From positions 1 through 50,440 of the forward strand of contig JAFURK010000022.1 of NCBI GenBank assembly GCA_017480975.1: 50,440 nucleotides of DNA, in the 5' to 3' direction. Position 1 is the first letter of the stretch. Every line of letters begins with the position of its first letter. The position numbers and the translations under genes were made by a program. Shown piece by piece: positions 20,178 through 29,864 of the stretch. Below the pieces are notes generated by a model. That model made no database searches. It saw only the letters and a program-made list of their open reading frames with translations, and had not been told where the DNA came from. The DNA comes from Bacilli bacterium. GTDB taxonomy: Bacteria; Bacillota_I; Bacilli_A; RF39; UBA660.

Positions 20178-21197
20178 ATGAAATGTGTGTCAATTTCAGG
20201 TAAAAAAAGTTTAGTTTTGAAAGACAAAGATATTCCTATTTCTAAAGACGGAAGTGTTGTTATAGAGGTAAAGTCAGCAGGTATATGTGGATCGGATATT
20301 CATAATTGGGATATGGGGGCACCAGTTGGTTTAGTTATGGGTCATGAGTTTGCGGGAATAGTAGTAGATCCAGGTTCAAGAAAAGATTTAGTTAAGGGAG
20401 ATAGAGTTACTGGATTACCTATTTCTCCATGTGGAAAATGTGAAGCTTGTCATAGTGGTAATGTTCAATATTGTGCTGATACATGGAGTGAAGCTGTAGG
20501 TCTTGCTTTGACTAATCCAGGAGGTTTTGCTGAATATACAAGTTGTAGACCAGATATGGTAAGAAAAATTCCTGGTAATGTTAGTTATGATGCAGCCTGT
20601 ATGGTGGAGCCTTCGGCAGTGTCATTACACGCAATTAATTTAGCTAATATTAAAATAGGGGATAGCGTTTTAATAGTTGGTGGAGGTATTATTGGTCTTA
20701 TGGCAGCTGAATTTGCTAGATTAGCGGGAGCAGGCTATATTGCGATAGTAGAAACCAATAAAAAACGTGGAAGAAAAGCAGTTAATTATGGTAAGATTAA
20801 TGAGTATTATGACGCTCTTAAAGAGGATACTATTCCTAAATTAATGATGAAGACTAATGGAGGATTTGATAAAGTAATTGAATGCTGTGGTAATGCTTCA
20901 GCTGTTAGTGAAGCTTTAATGACAGTTAAACCAGGAGGAACAATTGTACTAGTTGGGGTTTCAGCTGAACCTATTACAGTGCCACTAGTAGTAGGAGTAA
21001 TGAAAGAAGTTACAATTCAAGGAGCTATTGCTTATACACCAGCAGAATTTGATGAATGTATTAAATTAATTGCAGAAAAGAAGATTAATGTTACTAAGTA
21101 TATTGATGATTTAGTACCATTAGAGGCCGCTCAAGAATCATTTGAAAGACTTACTAGTGGTAAGGATGCGGCAGTTAAAATAATATTTAAACCATAA
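20178..21197 (+). CDS. Zinc-dependent MDR alcohol/polyol dehydrogenase
   Basis: GICGSD, GHEFAG, CGKCEACHSGNVQYC structural Zn site and GGGIIG; ATG 20178 follows AGGAGG. Confidence 0.92.
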   Translation: MKCVSISGKKSLVLKDKDIPISKDGSVVIEVKSAGICGSDIHNWDMGAPVGLVMGHEFAGIVVDPGSRKDLVKGDRVTGLPISPCGKCEACHSGNVQYCADTWSEAVGLALTNPGGFAEYTSCRPDMVRKIPGNVSYDAACMVEPSAVSLHAINLANIKIGDSVLIVGGGIIGLMAAEFARLAGAGYIAIVETNKKRGRKAVNYGKINEYYDALKEDTIPKLMMKTNGGFDKVIECCGNASAVSEALMTVKPGGTIVLVGVSAEPITVPLVVGVMKEVTIQGAIAYTPAEFDECIKLIAEKKINVTKYIDDLVPLEAAQESFERLTSGKDAAVKIIFKP

Positions 21198-21282
21198 TTT
21201 GGGGATAAAATTAGTTTATTTGTAAATATTAGTAATAGAAGTTGAGGAAGATTAAGTACTTGACTTCTTATTTTTAATTTTT

Positions 21283-21309
21283 TTAGCAATCTCTATTGAC
21301 AATTGCTAA
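21283..21309 (+). promoter_or_regulatory. CIRCE element (HrcA operator) overlapping the sigA -35 of hsp20
   Basis: TTAGCAATC-N9-AATTGCTAA versus consensus TTAGCACTC-N9-GAGTGCTAA; TTGACA 21296-21301 and TG-n-TATAAT 21315-21323. Confidence 0.85.
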
Positions 21310-21346
21310 AACAGTGATATAATTAAGTTATGAAAGGGATGATAAT

Positions 21347-21772
21347 ATGGCAATGATTCCAAGAATGATGCCAAATAAAATTTATTTAGATGATGTATTT
21401 GATGATTTTTTCTTTCCAACGACTAAAGAAAATAATTTTGGAAAAATGAGATGTGATATCTACGAAAAGGATAATACTTATTATTTAGAAATGGATATTC
21501 CAGGATTTACTAAAGAAGATATTAATATTGAGATTGATGATAATGATTATTTAACTATTACAGCAGAAAAGAATGTTGAAAATACAGAAGAAGATGAAAA
21601 TAAGAATTATATTCGTAAAGAGAGAAATTATGGTAAATATCAAAGATCTTTTTATATAGGTGGTATTGATAAAGAGAGAATAGACGCTAATTTTGAAAAT
21701 GGAATCTTAAATATCATAATGCCTAAAAAGGAAGAAGAAAAATCATCAAAACAAACAATAGAAATTAAATAA
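21347..21772 (+). CDS. Hsp20/alpha-crystallin small heat shock protein
   Basis: DIYEK..Y.LEMDIPGF.KEDI, ERNYGKYQRSF and ANFENGILNI.MPK motifs. Confidence 0.95.
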   Translation: MAMIPRMMPNKIYLDDVFDDFFFPTTKENNFGKMRCDIYEKDNTYYLEMDIPGFTKEDINIEIDDNDYLTITAEKNVENTEEDENKNYIRKERNYGKYQRSFYIGGIDKERIDANFENGILNIIMPKKEEEKSSKQTIEIK

Positions 21773-21783
21773 TATGAATTGAT

Positions 21784-21819
21784 AAAACTAGATTTAGTAT
21801 GTTAAATTTAGTTTTTTTT
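21784..21819 (+). terminator. Terminator of hsp20
   Basis: AAAACTAGATTTAG-tatg-TTAAATTTAGTTTT plus T-run. Confidence 0.65.
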
Positions 21820-21969
21820 ATATTTATGTTGAATTCAACATAAATGTATAAGAGGAAATTTCTCTTATTTTTGTTAATTAATAACAAACAAAAGTTTGCA
21901 AAAATATATTGACATAAACTATTCAGGAATGATACTCTTGAAAAGAGTAATAGAGGTGGTAGTTAGAAT

Positions 21970-23106
21970 ATGTACAAAGCTTATAAATTTAGACTATATC
22001 CAAATCAAGAACAAAAAGTACTTATTAATAAAAATTTTGATTTGTAAAGATTTGTCTATAATTACTATTTAACTTATATTAAAGAACATAAATATTTGAA
22101 TGCTAAGGCTTATATAAGTCATTATGTAAATTATTTAAAACAAGAATATCCTTTTTTAACCGAGGCTGATAGCATTATAATTAGGAAAACTTTATTTAAT
22201 CTAGAAGATGCCTTTAAAAGATATTTTAACAAACAAGGCGGTTATCCCAATTATAAAAATAAATTTTCTAAAAATTCATATAATACAAGCGCTGTTTATA
22301 GAAAATATAAAACAAAAGAATATTGCAATATTGAAATTGATTTAAAGAATAAACAAATAAAATTACCTAAACTAAAATGGGTAAATATTAAAGGATATCG
22401 TAATTTAAAAGAAAAGAATGGAAGAATTATCAATGCTACCATTTCAAGAGAACCAAACGGCAAATACTATGTCTCTGTAGTATTTGAAATACCATCTATA
22501 TCTAATAATTATGTAATACCTAAAAATATTATTGGTCTTGATTTAGGAATAAAGAAGCTAATAACATTATCAGATGGTACAATAGTTGATAATAATAAAT
22601 ATATTTTAAAATATGAAAAAAGAATTAAAAGACTACAAAAAAGTCTTGCTAGAAAAGTTAAAAAAAGTAAAAATTATTATAAATGTAAACATCAATTAGC
22701 AATTTTATATGGAAAATTAAAAAATGCTAGGAACTATTATTTGCATAAAATCACCAAACAAATAACTGATAATAATGACATTATAGTAACCGAAAAATTA
22801 AATACTAAAAATATGTTACAAAATAATAAACTATCCAAAAACATTCAAGACGCTTCATTTTATGAAATTATTAGACAATTACAATATAAAGCTAAAAATA
22901 AAGGTAAATATTTTCATCAAATAGATACCTATTATCCATCAACTCAGACTTGTAGTGTATGCGGAAATATCGATGCAAAATATAAAAATTTAAATGAAAG
23001 GGTATATAAGTGTTGTAATTGTAATAATCGAATGGATAGAGATTTAAATGCCAGTATAAATATAATGTTTGAAGGATTAAAAATACATTTTAATAATTTT
23101 GCCTAA
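21970..23106 (+). pseudogene. tnpB: TnpB (IS200/IS605/IS1341-type RNA-guided nuclease) interrupted by an in-frame TAA at codon 26
   Basis: ATG 21970 after GAGGTGG gives MYKAYKFRLYPNQEQK..F-D-L-*-RFVYN in frame with ORF 22096..23106; GLDLG, VTEKL, CSVC/CCNC and DRDLNASINI motifs. Confidence 0.88.
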
Positions 23107-23149
23107 ATAAAAGAACGAACAAATTTTTCTGCTAGATATTAGCGGTTAT

Positions 23150-23268
23150 TTAGTACGGCAGCGACTGTCGGATTTTAAGTCTCTTGTCGAAGTCTGGTTA
23201 CAGGGTCAATGAAGCAGAAAAATCTTACCGTGAGGTAAGATACGTCAAAAATAAAATTCTATTAAATT
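23150..23268 (+). ncRNA. TnpB omegaRNA/reRNA scaffold (right end of element) plus putative guide
   Basis: CGGCAG-cga-CTGTCG hairpin, GAAGCAGAAA, terminal hairpin ATCTTACC-GTGA-GGTAAGAT, then ACGTCAA (IS605-like TCAA end at 23248). Confidence 0.7.
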
Positions 23269-23407
23269 TTATTTTTGACCTTTGTTCTTAATTTAACAAA
23301 TAAGAACTTAAAATTATGGAATGGCGATAAAGTCATTCTTTTATTATTAACTAATTTAGGTAGGTACTTATCTTTATCCTTAGAATATATTACTATAAGG
23401 GAGTGTT

Positions 23408-23638
23408 TTGATGATTAGTTTAGATAAAGTGAGTATCAATAAGAGATGTAGAATATTAAAATTAGATATAGAGGGAAATATGTTAAGGCGGCTTTTGGAT
23501 ATTGGCATAATTCCTGGTGCTATTATCAAGAAAGTGTTAGTAAGTCCTTTCGGAGGAATTAGTGCTTATTCGATTATGGGGACTACGATGGCGATTAGAG
23601 ATAAAGATGTAAAGGGGGTATTTGTTGAGTATGAGTAA
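23408..23638 (+). CDS. feoA: Ferrous iron transport protein A
   Basis: RRLLDIGIIPG, SPFG and MAIR motifs; directly upstream of feoB. Confidence 0.92.
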   Translation: MMISLDKVSINKRCRILKLDIEGNMLRRLLDIGIIPGAIIKKVLVSPFGGISAYSIMGTTMAIRDKDVKGVFVEYE

Positions 23639-25472
23639 GTATAAAATAGCCTTGGCGGGGAACCCAAATGTAGGTAAAAGTACTATTTTTAATATTTTAA
23701 CGAAAAGTAATCAGCATACTGGGAATTGGGCTGGGAAAACCGTTGAAAATGCTTATGCTAAATATATGTATAATAAAAATACTTATGAGGTATATGACTT
23801 ACCAGGTACTTATTCATTAGTCGCCCATTCTAAAGAGGAAGAGATAGCTAGGGATTTTATTTGTCAAAATACTGTTGATGTAACTGTAGTTATTTGTAAT
23901 GCTGTTGCTTTAGAGAGGAGCTTAAATTTAGTTTTACAAATATTAGATATTACATCTAATGTTATAGTAGTTGTTAACTTAATGGATGAGGCTATGAAGA
24001 AAGATATTTCGATTGATTTAGAAAAGTTATCTTCAATATTAGGGGTACCAGTTATAGGAGCAAGTGCTACATATAAAAGGGGAATAAAAGAATTAAAAGA
24101 AGTAATAGAAAATTTTGTTTTAAATACTAGTATTAAAGATAAGCCTTATATTTGGAAACATGATGATGAAGTACTTTTTGCTAGTAATATTGTCAAAAAG
24201 TGCCATGAAATAAGTGCGAGAGTAGTTAAGGTAGGTAGTAAAAAATACTTAAAAAGAGAAAGAAAAATTGATAAGATTTTGACTAATAAAGTGACGGGGA
24301 TACCAATTATGTTGGTAATGTTATTCTTTATCTTTTGGCTTACTATTGTAGGTAGTAATTATCCATCAGAATGGCTTTCTAATTTGTTATTTGGCTTCGA
24401 AGAACCATTGTATGCGTTTTTAAGTTTTTTACCTGTTGGTATTACTAATGTGTTGGTATATGGGTTATATAAAACTACTTCTTGGGTTGTTAGTGTTATG
24501 TTACCGCCGATGTTGATATTTTTTCCTTTGTTTACGATAATGGAGGATATAGGTTTATTACCTAGAATTGCTTTTAATATGGATAGGGCTTTTTCAAAGT
24601 GTGATTCATGTGGTAAGCAGGCTTTAACGATGTGTATGGGGATAGGTTGTAATGCAGTTGGGGTTACTGGTTGTCGGATAATTGATTCCAAAAGAGAAAG
24701 ATTATTAGCAATCCTTACAAATAGTTTTATGCCATGTAATGGTAGATATCCGACAATGATTGCTATTATAACGATGTTCTTTATAGGTGGTAGTAGAGGG
24801 ATATTATCTAGTGCTTTATGTGCACTTATTTTGGTACTAATAATTTTATTAGGAATTGTAGTTACTTTTATAACTAATAAGCTATTATCTAAAACAATAC
24901 TTAAAGGTGATAAAACACCTTTTATCTTAGAATTATCTGATTATCGAAAAATTAGAATAGGTAAAGTAATTGTTAGCAGTATAATGGATCGAACTTTATT
25001 TGTATTAGGTAGGGCTATTTCAGTAGCAGCCCCGGCTGGAATACTTATTTATCTTATTACTAATATAACAATAGGGAATACAACTTTATTAATGTGGTGT
25101 AGCAATTTTTTAGAGCCGTTAGGCCAATTAATGGGCTTAGATGGGGTAATTTTATTAGCCTTCTTACTTGGGTTTCCTGCTAATGAAATAGTTATGCCAA
25201 TATTATTAATGACTTATTTAGGTACGGATACTTTAACTAATTATGAAAGTTTAAGCTCTTTAAAGGGAATATTAATAGATAATGGGTGGACAATTACAAC
25301 CGCGATATCATTTTTGATATTTACGTTATTTCATTTTCCTTGTTCAACAACAATACTTACTATAAAAAAAGAGACTAATAGTTGGTTTTACACTTTTTTA
25401 GCATTCTTTTTACCATTAATTATAGGGATTATTCTATGTGTTTTAGTTAATTTATTATCTTATTTATTTTAG
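23631..25472 (+). CDS. feoB: Ferrous iron transport protein B
   Basis: GNPNVGKS, GNWAGKTVE, DLPGTYSL, NLMDE, GIGCN, PCNGR and HFPC motifs with TM helices. Confidence 0.96.
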   Translation: MSKYKIALAGNPNVGKSTIFNILTKSNQHTGNWAGKTVENAYAKYMYNKNTYEVYDLPGTYSLVAHSKEEEIARDFICQNTVDVTVVICNAVALERSLNLVLQILDITSNVIVVVNLMDEAMKKDISIDLEKLSSILGVPVIGASATYKRGIKELKEVIENFVLNTSIKDKPYIWKHDDEVLFASNIVKKCHEISARVVKVGSKKYLKRERKIDKILTNKVTGIPIMLVMLFFIFWLTIVGSNYPSEWLSNLLFGFEEPLYAFLSFLPVGITNVLVYGLYKTTSWVVSVMLPPMLIFFPLFTIMEDIGLLPRIAFNMDRAFSKCDSCGKQALTMCMGIGCNAVGVTGCRIIDSKRERLLAILTNSFMPCNGRYPTMIAIITMFFIGGSRGILSSALCALILVLIILLGIVVTFITNKLLSKTILKGDKTPFILELSDYRKIRIGKVIVSSIMDRTLFVLGRAISVAAPAGILIYLITNITIGNTTLLMWCSNFLEPLGQLMGLDGVILLAFLLGFPANEIVMPILLMTYLGTDTLTNYESLSSLKGILIDNGWTITTAISFLIFTLFHFPCSTTILTIKKETNSWFYTFLAFFLPLIIGIILCVLVNLLSYLF

Positions 25473-25604
25473 GTTAGTAATTAAAGCTAGAAGAAAAAGT
25501 ATTACTAGCAACAAGTATAGGTAAGTATTTTTCTAAAAAAAGAAAAAAATGCTTGTATCAGTTAATAATTTATGATAAGATAATTATGGCTTTTCAAAAG
25601 AAAT

Positions 25605-25682
25605 ATTCACAAATACTGATTTATATCTTCTAGTGCTTAAATAATTTTAAGTGAAGAAATAAAGAAGAAGTATTTGGAAGCA
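25605..25682 (+). promoter_or_regulatory. rpsB leader (S2 autoregulatory RNA structure)
   Basis: CAAATAC/GTATTTG closing stem, inner CTTC/GAAG stem, AGTGC bulge and TTAAA-taat-TTTAA hairpin upstream of the rpsB RBS. Confidence 0.6.
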
Positions 25683-25702
25683 AAACAAAGGAGGAATTAA
25701 TT

Positions 25703-26650
25703 ATGGCAGTAGTATCAATGAGCTACTTATTAGAAGCTGGAGTTCACTTTGGTCATCAGACTAAAAGATGGAATCCGAAAATGAAAGAGTATATCTACAA
25801 CTCTCGTGATGATATTTATATTATCGATTTACAAAAAACTGTAGAAAAAATGGAAGAAGCTTATGCAGCTTTAACTAAAATTGTACAAGATGGAGGAAAT
25901 GTTCTTTACGTTGGTACAAAGAAACAAGCTAGCGAAGTATGTCGTGAAGAAGCTACACGTAGTGGTATGTATTACATGACAGAGCGTTGGTTAGGTGGAA
26001 CTTTAACTAACTTCAAAACTATTAGAAGAAGAGTTAAAAGATTAGATGAAATTGAAAAGATGGAAGCTGATGGAACGTTCGAAAAATTACCTAAAAAAGA
26101 AGTAATTGGTCTTAAGAAAGAATATGAAAAGTTAAATAAAAACTTATGTGGAATTCGTGAAATGACCAAATTACCACAAGCTTTAATTATTGTTGACTCT
26201 ATGAAAGAGGAGAATGCAATTCGTGAAGCTAAAAGATTAGGTATTCCTGTATTTGGAATTATTGACACTAATTGTGATCCAGATATGGTTGATTATGTAA
26301 TACCTGGTAATGATGATGCTGTTAGAGCTATTAAAGTAGTACTTGGAGCTTTAACAAATGCAATTATCGAAGTTAAAGGTGGAACTATCGTTGACTATGT
26401 AACTGAAGATGAAACTAGAAAAAATGCTAGACAAGAAAATAAAGGAAAAAAATTCGAAGGAAGAAATTTTGAAAAGAAAGAAAAAAGAACTGATAAAGTT
26501 GTAGAAAAGCCCGCTAAAGAAGAAATCGTTGAGCCTAAATTAGATTTAACTATTTTAACAGTAAATGAGTTAAGAGAGTTAGCTAAGAAAAAGGAAATCA
26601 AAGGTTATTCTAAAATGAAAAAAGAAGAATTAATTGAAGTTTTAAAATAA
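25703..26650 (+). CDS. rpsB: 30S ribosomal protein S2 with C-terminal Rho_N-like extension
   Basis: [28 protein letters not shown] and DTNCDPD..IPGNDDA motifs. Confidence 0.98.
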   Translation: MAVVSMSYLLEAGVHFGHQTKRWNPKMKEYIYNSRDDIYIIDLQKTVEKMEEAYAALTKIVQDGGNVLYVGTKKQASEVCREEATRSGMYYMTERWLGGTLTNFKTIRRRVKRLDEIEKMEADGTFEKLPKKEVIGLKKEYEKLNKNLCGIREMTKLPQALIIVDSMKEENAIREAKRLGIPVFGIIDTNCDPDMVDYVIPGNDDAVRAIKVVLGALTNAIIEVKGGTIVDYVTEDETRKNARQENKGKKFEGRNFEKKEKRTDKVVEKPAKEEIVEPKLDLTILTVNELRELAKKKEIKGYSKMKKEELIEVLK

Positions 26651-26669
26651 GAGAATAGGATGTGTATTT

Positions 26670-27542
26670 ATGATTAGTGCAAGTATGGTAAAAAGTTTGA
26701 GAGAAGCTAGTGGTGCTGGAATGTTAGATTGTAAAAAAGCATTAGAGGCTACTAATGGTAATATGGATGAGGCTATTAATTGGTTAAGAGAAAAAGGTAT
26801 TTCTAAAGCCGCTAAAAAAGCATCTCGTATTGCTGCTGAGGGTTTAGCTATTGCTAAAATTGAGGGAAATAAAGCGGTTCTAGTAGAAGTAAATTCTGAA
26901 ACAGATTTCGTTGCTAAAAATGAAGAATTTAAGGAATTAGTAAATGCTTTAGCTGATGTAATTTTAGCAAATGACGTTGCTACAATAGATGATGCATTAA
27001 AACTTGAGATAGAAGGAAAAGCTGTATCTGAAGTAATTACTGAAAAAGTAGCAACAATCGGAGAAAAATTAACTTTAAGAAGATTTGAAAAAATCACTAA
27101 GGAAGAAACTCAAGTATTTGGTACATATTCTCACATGGGTGGAAAGATTGTTACTTTAACAGTAATGGAAGGTAGCGATGAAGAACTTGCTAAGGATATT
27201 GCAATGCAAGCCGCTGCGATGAAGCCACGATATCTAAATCGTGATGAAGTTCCAACAGAGGTAGTTGAAAAAGAAAGAGCTATTCTTATGGAACAAGCAG
27301 AAAATGAAGGTTTAGATGAAAAGAAATTACCGATGATTGTAAACGGTAGATTAAATAAATATTACGAAGAAGTTTGTTTAGTAGATCAAGGATTTATTAA
27401 AGAAAACAAAATGAAAGTTTCTAAATATGTAGAAAGCAAAAATAGTAGTATTATAAATTTTGTTCGTTATGAAGTTGGAGAAGGTATTGAAAAGAGAGAA
27501 GAAAACTTTGCTGATGAAGTAATGAAACAAATTAATGGATAA
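26670..27542 (+). CDS. tsf: Elongation factor Ts
   Basis: LRE.SGAGMLDCKKAL, AAEG, EVNSETDFVAKN and RYEVGEGIEK motifs. Confidence 0.98.
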   Translation: MISASMVKSLREASGAGMLDCKKALEATNGNMDEAINWLREKGISKAAKKASRIAAEGLAIAKIEGNKAVLVEVNSETDFVAKNEEFKELVNALADVILANDVATIDDALKLEIEGKAVSEVITEKVATIGEKLTLRRFEKITKEETQVFGTYSHMGGKIVTLTVMEGSDEELAKDIAMQAAAMKPRYLNRDEVPTEVVEKERAILMEQAENEGLDEKKLPMIVNGRLNKYYEEVCLVDQGFIKENKMKVSKYVESKNSSIINFVRYEVGEGIEKREENFADEVMKQING

Positions 27543-27556
27543 TTAAAAGATAGATG

Positions 27557-27592
27557 ACATATTACTCTTGGAGTGGTATGTCTTTGTTGTTT
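27557..27592. terminator. Terminator between convergent tsf and sortase
   Basis: GACATATTACTC-ttg-GAGTGGTATGTC followed by T-rich tract. Confidence 0.65.
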
Positions 27593-27615
27593 GTGGCAAT
27601 TAATAAAGAAAAAGA

Positions 27616-28605
27616 TTAAGAATCACGAGTGGATTGCTTAATCTTTTTAGCATGTACTACTGTTCTTTCGGTATCTGAATAGCAAGTACTTAATGTTATA
27701 ATGGTATCATTAGTATTTAAGGTAGTATTAAAGTTATATTTACTTCTATCTTTAATGGTATTTAAAAATTCGGTATAAGTATTATCGTTTTCAAAGTTAG
27801 TGGTTATATAATAATTTTCTTCTTTAATTGTATAAACGGAAAATATTTGCCATAAACTATTTTCGGTTGGAGTAGATATTTTTATAATGTGATTTTCTTT
27901 ATTTTGATACCATGATGGTTTTAAGGTTTTACTTAAAGATCCAAACATTGTTTTATCGAGACGACTATGAGCGTAAATGATAGTATTTTTATCAGTAAAA
28001 TTTGAATTGTTACGATAATCGGTAAATACCCAACCGGCTTCATTAGTTGATTTGTCGTAAGAATGGTTTAAATAAAAATCGTTATTATCAGTTTGAACTA
28101 TAGGATAATTAATATTAGTATTATTTACTTGAATCCAAGCAATGGTATCAGTATTTTTTTCTTTTAATTCATTAAAATTAACTTGAATTAGAGGAAATTT
28201 AATATAATACCAGTAATCACTTTCTTGAGTTTTGGGTTCGTTAATTAATTTAGTGTTATCATTATCGACTAATTCTTCGACTAAAGTTATTTCATTAATG
28301 TTGTCGATGGTATCATTAGTATTTTTATTATCTTGGTTCCATTCGATTAATTTTATAGTACAAAATATAAAAATGGTTAAAAAGAAGATAAGTAGTATGA
28401 TTAGGATGGTTTTGTTAGTTTTCTTTTTTTTCTTTTTGGAAGTTTTTTTTACTTTCTTTAATAAAAGTTCTTCTTTAATTGGAATATCGTTGATAGTGAT
28501 AGGGCTGTCTATATAATTATTATTTGAATTATTTTGTTTGTATTTTTGATGTAATTGATTAAAACTTAGATTAGAATTAGTATTAGGATTTGTGTTATTG
28601 TTCAT
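27616..28605 (-). CDS. srtB: Class B sortase
   Basis: TM anchor, INYPIVQTDNNDFYL, DYRN, NTIIYAH, MFGSL and TLSTC...R motifs. Confidence 0.92.
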   Translation of the reverse strand: MNNNTNPNTNSNLSFNQLHQKYKQNNSNNNYIDSPITINDIPIKEELLLKKVKKTSKKKKKKTNKTILIILLIFFLTIFIFCTIKLIEWNQDNKNTNDTIDNINEITLVEELVDNDNTKLINEPKTQESDYWYYIKFPLIQVNFNELKEKNTDTIAWIQVNNTNINYPIVQTDNNDFYLNHSYDKSTNEAGWVFTDYRNNSNFTDKNTIIYAHSRLDKTMFGSLSKTLKPSWYQNKENHIIKISTPTENSLWQIFSVYTIKEENYYITTNFENDNTYTEFLNTIKDRSKYNFNTTLNTNDTIITLSTCYSDTERTVVHAKKIKQSTRDS

Positions 28606-28829
28606 CTTATCACCCTATTGTTAATTATACTAGATTGCATCTTTTTAATCAAGAGTAGTAAAAGTTTTTCTTATCTTATTGTAAAGTACTTAATTATAAT
28701 AATCTATCTATAAGGCAAGAAAATGTTTTAAGTATTTTAACTAAATAATATTGTTATTGAATAATTAGTTATACCTTTTCTTTTATAGGGATTTAAGGTA
28801 TAATGTTTTTGGAGTGAAGTAAAGAAGGT

Positions 28830-29393
28830 GTGGTAGAAGTGGAATATTTAAAATATTTTCAATATAATGCAGTTGTTATTTTGTCTTATTTTTTTATCTC
28901 TTTATTAGTGTTATGGCTTAGTCATCTTACTAAGGGAAAAAGTAATAAGTTATTTATGACAGGTAGAGGTTCTATTTTTAATCCTATTACTTATATTAGA
29001 ATGTTTACTCATATATTAGGTCATAGTAATTGGAATCATTTTAAGAATAATTTTCTATATATTTTATTAATAGGGCCGATGATTGAGGAAAAGTATGGGA
29101 GTATTAATTTATTAATAATGATTTTAATTACGGGCTTTGTTACGGCTTTAATTAATATAATTATTAGTAAGAAACAAATTTTAGGGGCTAGTGGAATTGT
29201 TTATATGCTAATACTTCTTAGTTCTTTAGTTAATATAGAAAGTGGTAAAATACCTCTTACTTTGATATTAATATTTATATTTTATATTGTGACTGAATTT
29301 AAGGATGGTTTATTTAAGAAGGATAATATATCACACTTAAGTCATATAATAGGGGCTATATGTGGCTTTATATATGGCTTTTATATATTTTAA
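28830..29393 (+). CDS. Rhomboid family intramembrane serine protease
   Basis: THILGH..H..NN, G-P-x-x-EEKYG, GASG and SHLSHIIG motifs. Confidence 0.9.
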   Translation: MVEVEYLKYFQYNAVVILSYFFISLLVLWLSHLTKGKSNKLFMTGRGSIFNPITYIRMFTHILGHSNWNHFKNNFLYILLIGPMIEEKYGSINLLIMILITGFVTALINIIISKKQILGASGIVYMLILLSSLVNIESGKIPLTLILIFIFYIVTEFKDGLFKKDNISHLSHIIGAICGFIYGFYIF

Positions 29394-29411
29394 TAGAAAG
29401 GAAAGATTTTA

Positions 29412-29864
29412 ATGAAATGGGTATATAAATTACAAAGATTTATGATTGGTAGATATGGGCCAGATGAGTTGTATAAATTTTTATTTAAGTTATATATTAG
29501 TTTATTTATTATTAATTTATTCTTTAATTTTAGAATATTAAATATATTAGAATTATTAGTAATATTTATTATGTTTTATCGTTTTTTCTCCAAAAAGATA
29601 TATACTAGAAGAAAAGAAAATGATAAGTATTTAGAATTAAGATCTCGTTTTTTAAAACCATTTAATAATTTAAAAAGAAATTATAAAGATCGAGATTACT
29701 TCGTTTATAAGAAATGTTCTAAATGTAAGACTACTTTAAAATTACCTCTTCCTTCTAGAAGGGGGATTCAACAGGTTAAATGTCCTAAATGTAAGCATAG
29801 AATGAAATTTCTTTGTTTAAGACAAGAAAAGGTTGAGGTAATCAAGCAAAATAAAAGGAAATAA
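29412..29864 (+). CDS. Conserved membrane protein with C-terminal zinc ribbon
   Basis: FM-x-GRYG-x-D, two TM helices, R-x-FSK...EN, CSKC...CPKC; family common in Firmicutes. Confidence 0.82.
   Translation: MKWVYKLQRFMIGRYGPDELYKFLFKLYISLFIINLFFNFRILNILELLVIFIMFYRFFSKKIYTRRKENDKYLELRSRFLKPFNNLKRNYKDRDYFVYKKCSKCKTTLKLPLPSRRGIQQVKCPKCKHRMKFLCLRQEKVEVIKQNKRK

Noticed and set aside
21970-23106. Nuclease-dead TldR-type regulator or Cas12f
   Set aside because: All three RuvC acidic residues are present, and there is no CRISPR array or cas gene nearby.
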